DNA of 63,972 nucleotides, counting the filler, from Conidiobolus incongruus B7586 (taxonomy: Eukaryota), in the NCBI GenBank assembly GCA_000697335.1. It is 38 parts of 38 records of this genome, joined end to end, with 100 filler letters (N's around TTAATTAATTAA, not from the genome) between each part and the next. Parts side by side here need not be neighbours in the genome. Positions count along the whole stretch, not along the records: positions 28,504 to 29,831 come from JNEM01004459.1; positions 29,932 to 31,654 come from JNEM01004460.1; positions 31,755 to 33,196 come from JNEM01004462.1; positions 33,297 to 34,514 come from JNEM01004463.1; positions 34,615 to 35,982 come from JNEM01004465.1; positions 36,083 to 37,278 come from JNEM01004466.1; positions 37,379 to 39,326 come from JNEM01004467.1; positions 39,427 to 41,058 come from JNEM01004468.1; 30 more parts are not named here. The stretch is one strand, 5' to 3'. A program made the translations under genes and the position numbers. The notes under the pieces were generated by a model. It was not told the DNA's origin and ran no database searches. It saw nothing but the letters and a program-made list of their open reading frames with translations. Below, piece by piece: positions 28,626-41,298 of this stretch. The stretch's first letter is position 1, and every line of letters begins with the position of its first letter.

Positions 28626-29831
28626 TTACCTTATAATTTAAATAAAGGAAATTTTTTGCAATTGAAAAAAAATAAACATTTTAATTTATAAAATATAGAA
28701 ATAAATATATAATATAAAATGAATAATTTCCTTTATTTTTAATAACATTTTGCTATATTTTTAGCAAAGATCTAACACCTAAAAAATAGTTCTTTTTATC
28801 AAAGACTAAAATTCTATATTTCATAAATTAATTATATTTTTTTATAAAAATTTTCTTTCCTATAAGCTAGTTTTTTAATTACCTAAAACAATTATAATTA
28901 TATTGGTTATAATTTAAAGAATATACTAGTTATGGTAGTTCTTTCTAGTTATTCTTAATTAAAAATTTTTTTACAGCTTTAGATTTATGTATTTTGTAAT
29001 TATCATGCAAAATAATAAGTTTTCTCAAATTATATTAAAAATACCAATTCAAAATAGTTTTATTTAAAAAAAATATAAAGTTTACTATTAATTAATTTTG
29101 CTTTAAAATTTGAATAAAAATAGCATATACTAACATAATTCATTATAATAATTAATATTTACTTATAATTAAAATATTTATTTAATAAAATTTATAAAAG
29201 GGGCCTGATTAATCTTAATCCAAAACTCTAATATATGTTTTGGTAAAGAATTATATAATAGAACCAAGGATTCATTAATTTTAATAATTCATTGTAAAAG
29301 CCTTGGTTTCTAGTTTTACCTTAATAAGATTTATTTATCAAAAGCTATTCTAGCTTTTTTTTGGGCTTTAGTTAAATTATAACAAACCTATTTTATAGTT
29401 TTAATAATTATAATTTAAATTTTAATAAATATAAAACAATTATATTATTATTATAAAATATTTTGATAATTCTTTTGTTGAAATAAAAGGGTACTTATTA
29501 ATATATTTTTTTATTTTATTCATAATTAGAAAAAAAATATCTAAAATTAGTTTTTTAGATTTTAATAGGTTTTAGGTAATTTTTTTCTTAGTCTTAAAAT
29601 AATTTACCTAGTAATAAATTATTAATCTAGATAATATTTTATTAATAAAAGTTGCTTATAAATTTAAAATAATTTTAAAGGGTTTATGGTTAAATTTTAC
29701 TAATATTAAAATAAAAAACCTTTGATAGTTATTATCTAGTTTAAGTAAAATTAAATTAAACAACTAATTTTAAAAAATTAATTTTTTAATCAAAAAAATT
29801 ATTATTTATAAATATATATATATATATAATT
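28626..29831 (-). mobile_element. Decayed mariner copy
   Basis: TA|ttaccttataatttaaataaaggaaattttttgc terminus; tatcatgcaa reverse-complements to LHD(N). Confidence 0.9.
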
Positions 29832-29931
29832 NNNNNNNNNNNNNNNNNNNNNNNNNNNNNNNNNNNNNNNNNNNNTTAATTAATTAANNNNNNNNNNNNN
29901 NNNNNNNNNNNNNNNNNNNNNNNNNNNNNNN

Positions 29932-31654
29932 TTAATATTCCCTTAGTAAATCTTTTAAAAGAGATATATGTTTTAGATTTTATTAAATAGATATAATAAG
30001 TTAAAATATTCTTAATATTTTTTAAAGATTTTTATATAACTTCTTTAATAAGATAACTTATTTATTATGAATAAAAATAAAGCTTATTCCTAATAAATTT
30101 AAACTTAATTATATAATCAATAAAATATTTCTTTTCTTTATTTTAAGTAATAAGTTGATCGAATTTTACGGTTTTTAATCAATTAAAAACAATATGAAAA
30201 TTATTAAAATAAGGTTTAATTTTAAATATATGAAAGGTAAAGTTAATCCTCAAGTTTAAAAACAACTCTAAGATAATATTTTCAAAATTTGAATCAATTA
30301 GTTAAATCTTATAGGGACCATAATATAATGATAAGTATTTTAGATTTAAACTAGATTTATATAAAATAAATTTAAGAATAAATTGCTTTAAATAGATAAA
30401 CATATTAATTTCATATTTAAAAGGATTTTTAAATTACTTTAAATATTGCTATTCTATAATACTTTAGTTTTTTCTAAGTTAAACTTAATAAGGTAATTAA
30501 TATAATTGATATTAAATTAAAATTCAATAATATTTAAAAATAAGATGATTTAAAATATTAAAAGATTTATTAATTTAAGATATTTGTTATAATCTATAAA
30601 ATAAAGGTTAAAACCTATTAATTAATTAATAAAAATATTAAATATATATTAAAATTGATAGATATAACTATATTAATTAAATTAATTAATGTTAATATAA
30701 GTTTTAACTATTTATTTTAAGATAATAATAGTTTTTGCAATTAGTTAATTAGTTTAGTTATAAATATTAATAGATATAATTAGATTAACCTTAAAGGACA
30801 AAGTTAATAACTATTAAAATCAAGAGTTAAATTATATATCTTTGTTTAAAATAATAATTTGTAAAATTCTATAATAGGTAAAATTTTAAATAATAATAGT
30901 TATTTAATATCTTTAACTATAGAGGTTTCGAAACAAGGAGTAATATAAATATACTTAAAAAACAAATCAATAATAATTAATTAATTATGATAATTATTTA
31001 TTGATTTAAGAATTTTTATAAAGTCAGGTTATATTTGTTATTAAGTTTGATTAAGGATTTGTAAGGGAATTAGTTTGTTATTTTTTAATTTAGTATTATA
31101 TTTGGTTTCTTAGCATATATCATAAGTATTAATATATTTCTTGAATAATTTAATTAAGACAAATCATTAATACCTTGTTTTTATTTCTTTAGTAATTTTA
31201 AATTAATTTTAATATCCTCTAATAAATAAATAATAATATTTATTAAATATTGCTTATTAAATCTTAGGAATATTAAGAATATATTGGTAATGATTATAAT
31301 ATAATAAGTTATCAATAATTTTATATCTTTTGATATATATTAATTAGTTATTAAATAATTTAAAAAGTTTTTTTTATTTATAATGATATAATTATTATTT
31401 AATAATTTTTTTATAATAATTGGTAAACTTTTTATTTTTGCTATTAATAATCATTAAGTTAATATTTATTTTCTTTTTATAGTTAAAATAAAAAAATAAG
31501 TATGTAAAGTTTCTTAATAAAATTTCTATCATATGATTTTATTAACCTAAAAATTATTATATAAGAAAAAAATAAATTTAAAGAATTTCAATTTATTTAA
31601 CTTATCTTTTATATAGATACTTTAGAGTATTTAAGTAAATAAATGATTTATATT
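29932..31654 (-). mobile_element. Decayed gypsy internal region: integrase, chromodomain, PPT and first bases of the 3' LTR
   Basis: Minus strand reverts to approximately LIPLQIP..TWQQI..DF.KIPKS.DGY...LVIVDLFSKY and SDRDTQF. Chromodomain-like segment ~30020-30140. ctaagggaa|tattaa is the PPT/LTR junction at 29932-29946. Confidence 0.85.
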
Positions 31655-31792
31655 NNNNNNNNNNNNNNNNNNNNNNNNNNNNNNNNNNNNNNNNNNNNTT
31701 AATTAATTAANNNNNNNNNNNNNNNNNNNNNNNNNNNNNNNNNNNNNNNNNNNNATAATTATTATATATTATTTATATAATATATTATGTTT

Positions 31793-33115
31793 TTACTTTG
31801 TAATTTAAATAATAAGGATTTTTTGTAATTGAAAAAAATAAACATTTTAATATATAAAAAGTAAAAATAAATATATAATATAAAATTGATAATTTCTTTT
31901 ATTTTTAATAATTTTTATTATATCTTTAGCAAAGATTTAACATCTAAAAAACAATTCTTTTTATTAAAAACTAAAATTTGATATTTCACAAACTAATTAA
32001 ATTTTCTTGTAAAAATTTTCTTTCCTATAAGCTAGTTTTTTAATTACCTAAAATAATTATAATTACATAGGTTATAATCTAAGGAATATACTAAATATGG
32101 TAGTTTTTTCTAGTTATTTCTAATTAGAAAATTTTTTATAGCTTTAGATTTATATATTTTATAATTATTATAAAAATAATAGGTCTTCTCAAAAAATATT
32201 AAGAATATTAATTTAAAATAGTTTTATTTAAAAAAATATAAAGTTTATTATTAATTGATTTTTCTTTAGAAATTAAAAAAAATAGCATATTCTATTATAA
32301 TCTATTATAACCTATTATAATAATTAACATTTGCTTATTAACAAAATATTTATTTAAAGGAATTTATAAATAAGGTTGATTTAACTTAATCTAACACCTT
32401 GATTTATATTTTGATAAAGGATTATATAAAAAACCTTAAATTTATTAATTATAATAATTTATTGTAAAAGCTTTGATTTTTAGTTATACCTTAGTAAGTT
32501 TTGTTTAATAATAGCTACTCTAACTTTTTTTAAGCTTTAGTTAAATTATAAGATACTTATTTTATATTTTTATTAATTAATTTTAATTTAACCTTTAATA
32601 TATATAAAATACTTATGTGACTAATATTAAAATATCTTGATAATTCCCTTGCTAAAATAAAAAGACGCTTTTTAATATATTTTTTCACTTTATTAATAAT
32701 CAGAAGAATAATAATTAAAATTAGTTTTTTAAATTTTAATAGGTTTTGGGTAGTTTTTCTCTTAGCCTTAAAATAATTTACCTAGTAATAAATTGTTGAT
32801 TTAGATAATTTTTTATTATTAAGAGTTACTTATAAATTGTAAATGATTTTAGAGGGTTTATGATTAAGTTTTATTAATACTAAAATAAAAAACTTTTGAT
32901 AGTTATTATTTGGTTTAAGTATAATTAAATTAAATAATCAATTTTGAAAAATTAATTTTTTAATCAAAAAAATTATTATATATATAAATAAATATATATA
33001 ATTCAAAACTATTTATTTTCCTATTTATTTTGTATATATTTTTTTATTTGAAACTAATAATATATTTGAAAAATCAGATATTAAAAAATATCTTATTTTT
33101 TCAATTCCATGGTAA
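31793..33115 (-). mobile_element. Complete decayed mariner element (~1323 bp)
   Basis: Imperfect ~30-bp TIRs ttactttgtaatttaaataataaggattttttg and aaaaaatatcttattttttcaattccatggtaa|TA. Length is typical of mariners. Confidence 0.9.
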
Positions 33116-33994
33116 TATTAAAATTTAGACTTCAGTTATTAAATAAAAATATAAAATGAATATCATAAAATTTAATCAATAATTAGAAAATTATTTNNNN
33201 NNNNNNNNNNNNNNNNNNNNNNNNNNNNNNNNNNNNNNNNTTAATTAATTAANNNNNNNNNNNNNNNNNNNNNNNNNNNNNNNNNNNNNNNNNNNNAAAA
33301 ATTATTAATTTGATATTATATATCTATTTTTATTTTTTATATATTTAAATTTTTATTTTTTCCAATTATAAAAAAATTTTTATTAATTGATTTATAAAAT
33401 AATAATAGTTTTTTCTTATTTATAATTTATTTGTATTTTGATTTTACTTAATAAATATAATAAATCTAACCCTTATCGGTTATAAATATATTATTAGCTT
33501 ATTTAAAAATATAATATATCTATAATTTATAAGGATTATATATTTTAATTAATAATTATTAATATTGGAATCTTTAGTATTCAAGTAATTAGTAACCTAG
33601 CTAAGTTATTTATAATAAAATAATTAAATTTAAATCATTTAAAAAATCTAATTTATTTTTTTATCAATCAAGCTTAATAAAATTTAATTCATCAATTATA
33701 TTCTTATTTTTATTATATAATAGAGTTTTAATTCAATTATTATTATTATTTAGTAATTATTTTTGAAAAAATTAAAAATATTATTAATATTCTATAAATC
33801 ATTGATTAAGTCATTATGAGTATAATAAAACTATTATAGAAAATTATCAGATTTATTATTTTGGGTATTATAATAATCACTTAATTTATTTTAATATTTA
33901 AAATTATATTAGGAAAATTTTTTCAAATTTTTTAATTCTAAATTATTAAAATTTAAGATTAAATTTTGATATCTTTTTATTATTTTAATATATA

Positions 33995-34392
33995 TATAAG
34001 TGTAGTGGTAGTTAAACCAATATAGTACAGAGGAAGACTGATATAAAAGTAGTGTGGCACAGAATGTGGTAATATAATGTGGTTGTAGTGTGCAAGTGTA
34101 AACAAAGTTTAATTAAGCTTCGAACTGGGGTGAGTCACCGATATATTAAGATTTATATTAGGTAGTGCTAATATACTATAATATTTACAAGAAGTAGTTT
34201 CAATCTTAGAAGTAATGTAAAAATAAAAAATAATAAGAATTGAGAAGGAAAAGAAGAACCTAGTTTATTAAATAATTCAATGCTATTTCTACAATTAATT
34301 TAACTATATAAGTATAAATTAATCATATAATTTATAGTTAATTGAATTATATGAAAGTATATATAAGAATTTAAAGAACTAGTCTCTTAACA
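33995..34392 (-). repeat. Solo LTR (398 bp), lightly mutated
   Basis: ATATA/ATATA 5-bp TSD; ends ...CTCTTAACA; retains cgaac and caccg CpGs. Confidence 0.92.
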
Positions 34393-34614
34393 ATATATAT
34401 TAATTAATCAATTTTATTTTTTTTTATTTGCTTTTAAATTAGGTCAATAATAAAGTCTAAATATATTTATATTTTAATAAACTTTTTATAGGTTTAATAT
34501 TTAAAATTTAAAATNNNNNNNNNNNNNNNNNNNNNNNNNNNNNNNNNNNNNNNNNNNNTTAATTAATTAANNNNNNNNNNNNNNNNNNNNNNNNNNNNNN
34601 NNNNNNNNNNNNNN

Positions 34615-35982
34615 ATTTATAATTAATATATATTTTTTTATAATTTAATATATAAAATTAAATTATATTAATTATTAATGATATATTAAAATTAAAAATT
34701 ATCTAAAATAACTTATAAATTTATAGGTTTTAGTATTGATAGAAAAGTTAATATTTAATATATTTATCTTTTGTTGTTCTAATTTTTTTAAGATTATTAG
34801 GCATAAAGTCAATTAATTTCTTATATTAAGCAAAATTAATATTATTCTAACCTTCTTAAATATACCTTTAATATTGATTTAAATTTTTTATTTAGGGGAA
34901 AGCTATAATTAATTTTTTAAATTGATCTTAAAGATATCTAATTTGGTTAAAATTAAAAAAATTAAGGAGCTTATTTTAAAATAATTATTTTGTAATTTTT
35001 AAGCCATTTAATAGTAGAATTTATAATATAAAAAAGGGTATTATCTTATTAAAAGATAATATTTGATTTATTTAATTTATATTACTTAATTGTTTCTTTT
35101 AATTTATTGTTTAAAATATTTTAATATATTTTAATATTAATTCCCAAATCTACTTTATAAAGATATCTTATACCTAAAAATAATATATATCCCTAAACTT
35201 TAATTAACCTATTATTATGTTTTTAGGTTATATTAACATAATGGTTATAAAGTAACTCTTTATCTTTTTTAAAATATCTAACTTTTTTATTAGATTTATT
35301 AAGATATATCTCTGTTTTATTAAATTAAATAACCTTACTTTAATAGTTTTAGTTCAACTTTAATATTGACATTTAAACTTCTACTTAGCTTTATAATAGG
35401 ATTTTTTTAGTTAAAGGTGTTTTTTTGAGATATAAGTAGTATTTATTTTAATATAAAGCATATATAATAATATTAGTATTAATTATTATTCTTTTATAAA
35501 TTTATAATTCTTATTATACTTTTCTAATAATATTATACTTACCTAAACTAACTAATCTATAAATATACTTTTTATTATATTTATCCAAAATTTTAATATA
35601 TTTAAGTTTTAATTTAAGTGTTTTTTTAATATTGCTTTTAATAACCCTAGTTATATTAAATCAGTTAAAATTAATAATTTTAATAATTATATGAGTTAAT
35701 TTATTTTCTTTATAAAGGTAATTAATATAAAAGTGAACTTTTTTAGAGAGAGGTTTAAGTATTATGATATTAATTTTAAAATATTAATATAATAGTTTTA
35801 TAATATATATAATATAACAAAAAAATATATATATATATATAAGTTTTGTTATTTATACTCTTTTAGCTTATAAACCCATAAATTTATGACTTATTTTGGT
35901 TAAATTTTAGGTTTTGATATATTAACCAATAGCTAATGAAATATAATCAAATATAATTAATTATAATCAATTAATATAGATA
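34615..35982 (-). mobile_element. Decayed Tc1 A1 copy
   Basis: Colinear with 1787-3219 and 14825-16241. Confidence 0.92.
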
Positions 35983-36082
35983 NNNNNNNNNNNNNNNNNN
36001 NNNNNNNNNNNNNNNNNNNNNNNNNNTTAATTAATTAANNNNNNNNNNNNNNNNNNNNNNNNNNNNNNNNNNNNNNNNNNNN

Positions 36083-36312
36083 TTACTAATATTATTATTT
36101 ATTATGGAATTTCTCAAATTATTGTATTTAACAAAGATAAAATATTAAACTGTTAATTATAAAAGTTATTATTTTTTCCCTTTAATATTAACTTAATTAT
36201 ATCTATAACTAATTATTACTAAACTAATAAACCTATTAAAAATAACTATTATAACCTTAAAGCAAATAATCAAAACTTATATTAATATTAATTAATTAAA
36301 TTAAAATAACTA
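36083..36312 (+). mobile_element. Gypsy integrase fragment, host of the Tc1 at 36313
   Basis: tattatggaatttctcaaatt = YYGIPQI; homologous to 21412-21630. Confidence 0.78.
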
Positions 36313-37278
36313 TATTAACCTATAAAAAGAAGTTATAAAATCAAAAACACTTATATTTTTACTAAATATTCATTTATTATTTAATAAAATAATTATAAAT
36401 TCAATAATTAAAATATAATTTATATGTTAATAAAATTTATCATTAAATGATAATATTTAGCAATCATTTAATAAAATTATAAACTTTTAAATTTTAACTA
36501 AATTATAAATTTATGGTTTTTTCATGATAAAAAGAATTAAAACTAATATATTTATCTTTAACTTTTTTAACTTATTTAAGTTTATAAGATATAAAATCAA
36601 TTAACTCTTATATTAAAAAAGCTTAATTTTATTTTATGTTTCTTAAATATATCTATCAAACTAATCAAAATTTTGTATTAGTGGGAAAGTTTTAATAACT
36701 TTTTTTAACTAATCATAAAGGTATTTAATTAAATTAAGGTTAAAAGATTACAAAAGCCACTTTATAACTATTATTTTTTTATTTATAAGTTATTTAATAG
36801 TTAAAGTTATATTATAATAGAAGATATTATCTTATTAGAAAATAATATTAAATTTCTTTTACCTATATCATTCAATACATTATTTTTAATTTATTATTTG
36901 AAATACTTTAATATATCTCAATATCAATTCCCTTATTAGCTTTATAAAGATATCTTATATCTAAAGATAATATATATCCCTAAATAATAATTAACCTATT
37001 ATTATATTTTAAGATAGAAATAAATTAATAATTATAAAGTAATTTTATATCTTTTCTAAAATATCTAGCTGTTTTATTAAATTTACTAAGGTATATTTTT
37101 ATTTTATTAAATTTAATAATCTTATTTTGATTAGTTTTAATTTAATATTAATAATAACATTTGAACTTTTACCTAATTTAATAGTGGGATTTCTTTAGTT
37201 AAGGGTGTTTTTTCATAAAATATAAGTGATATTAATTTTAATATAGAGTATATATAATAGTATTATTGTTAACTAATA
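36313..37278 (-). mobile_element. Decayed Tc1 A2 copy
   Basis: TA|tattaacctataaaaagaagttataaaatcaaaaacac terminus; colinear with 18034-19000. Confidence 0.9.
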
Positions 37279-37378
37279 NNNNNNNNNNNNNNNNNNNNNN
37301 NNNNNNNNNNNNNNNNNNNNNNTTAATTAATTAANNNNNNNNNNNNNNNNNNNNNNNNNNNNNNNNNNNNNNNNNNNN

Positions 37379-39326
37379 TAAAATTAAAATTTAATTAATT
37401 AAACTAAAGTTATTTAATTTAATAAAACAGAGATATATATTAACTTATTAGAATAAGTTATAAAATCAAAAATATTTATATTTTTACTAATAGCTTGATT
37501 AATATTTAATAAAATAAACCTAAATTAAATAATTAAATTCTATTATATTTATTCATAATATATATTATTAAATGATGATATTTAGTTATTAATTGGTTAA
37601 AATATAAACTATTAAATTTTAGCTAAAGTAAATCATAAATTTGTAGGTTTTTGGTTATAAAAAAAATTAAAACTTAATATATTTATTATTATCATTTTTT
37701 AATTCTTTAAGTTTGCAAGGTATAGAAATAATTAACTTTTTATACTAAAGAGGGTTAATCTTATTTTATGCTTCTTAAATATATTTTTAAAGCTGATTTA
37801 TATTTTTTATTAGGGGAAAATATTTAATAGCTTTTTTTAACTGATCTTAAAGATATTTAATTAGGATAAGATTAAGAGATTGAAGAAACCACTTTATAAT
37901 TGCTATCTTGTTATTTTTAAGCTATTTGGTAATAAAAGCTATAGTATAACAAAAGGTATTATCTTTCTAGAAAATAACATTAGATTTATTTAACCTATAT
38001 TATTCAATAGTTTTTTTCAATTCATTGTTTAAAATACTTTAATATATCTTAATATTAATTCCCCTATTAATTTTATAAAGATACTTTATACCTAAAAACA
38101 ATATATATCCCTAAATAATAATTAACCTATTATTGTACTTTTGGTTAGAATTAACATAATAATTATATAATAGTGTTGTATCTTTTTTAAAGCATTTAAT
38201 TTTTTTATCAAATCTACTAAGGTATATTTTTATTTTATTAAACTAAATAACCTTACTTTAATTAATTTTAGTTTAATATTAATAATAATATTTAAACTCC
38301 CACCTAACTTTATAATAAGATTTTTTTAGTTGGGAGTGTTTTTTCTTAAAATATGAGTGAGATCTATGCTAATATAAAACACATATAATAGTATTAGTGC
38401 TAATTAATATTCTTATATAGTGTTATAATTCCTGTTGTATTTTTATAATAATATCACACTTATTTGAATTAACTAACCTACAAATATACTTCTCATTATA
38501 TTTATCTATAATTTTAATATACTTAAGTTTAAGTTTAAATATGTCTTTATTGTTATTTTTAATCGGATTAACTATAATAGATTAACTAACATTAGTAATT
38601 ATATTAATATTATAAGTTAATTTACCTTTTTTATAGAGTTAATTAATATACAAGTAAATTTTTTTAAAGAGGGATTTAAACATAATAATATTAATAAAAA
38701 GAATTTAATATATCTATAAAATATTATATAAAATAATTCCAAAGTAAGAAAAAAAATATGGTTATATATTGTTAAATATATCCTTTTATCTTAAAAACCC
38801 ACAAATTTATAACTTACCTTAGTTAAATATTAAGGGTTAATATCTTTGCTAATAGTTTACTAAAAATATTCAAATATATTTTTATTATTAAATAATATAT
38901 CTTAACTATATATTATAGTTTAAAGTAATCTAATATATATAATTCTTTTAGTTATTTATTAAAATATATATATATTTGATTTTATGACTCACTTTTGTAA
39001 GTTAGTGTATTATAATAAATTTAATCAAAAAGCTAGATATTTCAAAAAAAAAGATTACTTTATATCTATTATATTATTATAATCCAGAAATATAATGATA
39101 TATTAACTATAATTTAAGTATATAAATTATCTTTAGGAATAAAATACTTATATAAAGTTAATAAAGGAACTAATACTAAGATATATCAAAATATTTTAAA
39201 TAATAAATTAAAAAAACTATTGAGTAATATAGGTTAAATAAATTAAATCTTATTTTCTAATAAAATAATATCTTTTGTTATATTATAATTTTTACAATTA
39301 AATAGCTTAAATTAATTAAAATAATT
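37379..39326 (+). mobile_element. Tc1 host copy split into 37379-37437 and 39008-39326 by a nested Tc1
   Basis: Joining the flanks gives aataaaacagagata-TA-ttataataaatttaatcaaaagctagat, matching the uninterrupted sequence at ~793-840. Confidence 0.85.
37438..39007 (-). mobile_element. Full-length decayed Tc1 A2 copy (~1570 bp) nested in an oppositely oriented Tc1
   Basis: Both termini present with TA on each side; right terminus ttttatgactcacttttgtaagttagtg is close to consensus. Confidence 0.92.
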
Positions 39327-39669
39327 NNNNNNNNNNNNNNNNNNNNNNNNNNNNNNNNNNNNNNNNNNNNTTAATTAATTAANNNNNNNNNNNNNNNNNN
39401 NNNNNNNNNNNNNNNNNNNNNNNNNNAAAATAAATTATTAAATAATTATATTAATTATTATTCTATAATAAGTTAAAATTCATTTGAATATTATAATTTT
39501 ATATTTATTATTTTATTTTAAAATATACCAAATTTATATTTTTGTATTATAGAATTATATAATATTTTACCTAATATTAATTTTATAAATATAGTAAATA
39601 ATTTTATTATTATAAATAGAAATTATTATAAAAAACCAATTATAAACCTTGATAATTTATTGGGATATA

Positions 39670-41296
39670 TTTTAATTTGCAAAAATAAGTCATTAAATTA
39701 TAATTATATATATTTTTATCAATAACTCTGATAATTCTTAATCATATCAATTTAAATTAAATATATATTAAATTTATATTATTTATTTTTAATTAAATAT
39801 ATTTGATCTAATTTTATCAACTTTTAGTTTATATTGAAATTTATATTTTATCTAAGATAAATCATAAATTTGTGTATTTTCGTTATAAAAAAATTAAAAC
39901 TTAATATATACATTTTTTGTTTTTCTAATTTTTTTAAGTTTATAAGATATAGAATCAACTAGTTATTTATATTAAAAAGGATTAATTTTGTTCTAAGCTT
40001 TTTAAATATATTCCCAAAGCTTATTTAAATTTTTTATTAATAAGAAAGATTTAATTGCTTTTTTTATCTAATTATAAAGATTTTAATTAGATTAAAGTTA
40101 AGGGATTAAGAAAGCTACTTCATAACTATTATTTTATTATTTTTAAATTATTTGGTAGTAAAAATAATAATATAGCAAGGAGTATTATTTTATTGGAAAA
40201 TAATATTTGATTTATTTAACTTGCATTACTTAATAATTTTTTTAAATTTATTTTCAAGAATATTTTAATATAAATTAGTATTAATTCCTTTATCAATTTT
40301 ACAAAGATATCTTATATTGGAAAATAACATATATCCCTAAACTATAATTGACCCATTATTATATTTTTGGGTTAAAATAATATAATAGCCACAAAGTAAT
40401 TTTTTGTCTTTTCTGAAATATCTAACCTTTTTATTAAATTCATTAAGATATATTTTTGTTTTATTAAGCTAGATAAGCTTATTCTAGTTAATTTCAATTC
40501 ATTTTTGATAATGATATTTAAACTCTCACTTAATTTTATAATAAGACATCTTTAATTAAAAATGTTTTTTTTAAGATGCAAGTAATATTTATTATAATAT
40601 AGAGTATATATAATAATATTAATACTAATTAATATTCTTATATAGTCTTGTAATGGTTTCTGTATTTTTATAATAATACTATTTTTAACTATATTAATTA
40701 ACAAATAAATATATCTTTTATCATTTTTATTTATAATTCTAATATATTTAAATTAAAGTCTAGACAAATCTTTACCATATTTTTTAATATTTAAACTATA
40801 ATAAACTAATTAATATTAGTAATTTTAGTAATCTCATAAGTTGATTTATTTTTACTATAAAGCTAATTAATAAATAAATGAATATTTTTAAAAAGTGATA
40901 TAAGTATTTTAATATCAATATTATTTAAAATTATAATATTAATATATAAATAAATAAAATTTAATAAAAAAGAAAAAATTTAAGTAATTTTTGTTTTATA
41001 TAACTTTTTAACTTATAAGCCCATAAATTTATAACTCACCTTAATTAAAATTAAGCATNNNNNNNNNNNNNNNNNNNNNNNNNNNNNNNNNNNNNNNNNN
41101 NNTTAATTAATTAANNNNNNNNNNNNNNNNNNNNNNNNNNNNNNNNNNNNNNNNNNNNATATAATATTATATTAAATATAACCTATTATAATTAAATAAT
41201 ATATTTTAATTTAAATTGATTTAATTAAGAGTTATTTAAATTATAAATAAATATATAAGTGATTTTTATTTTATAGCTTATTTTTTCAAGTTAGTG
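39670..41296 (-). mobile_element. Decayed Tc1 A3 copy spanning a linker
   Basis: Colinear with 52606-54188; sequence after the 41059 linker continues the terminal region to ttttttcaagttagtg|TA. Confidence 0.87.
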
Positions 41297-41298
41297 TA

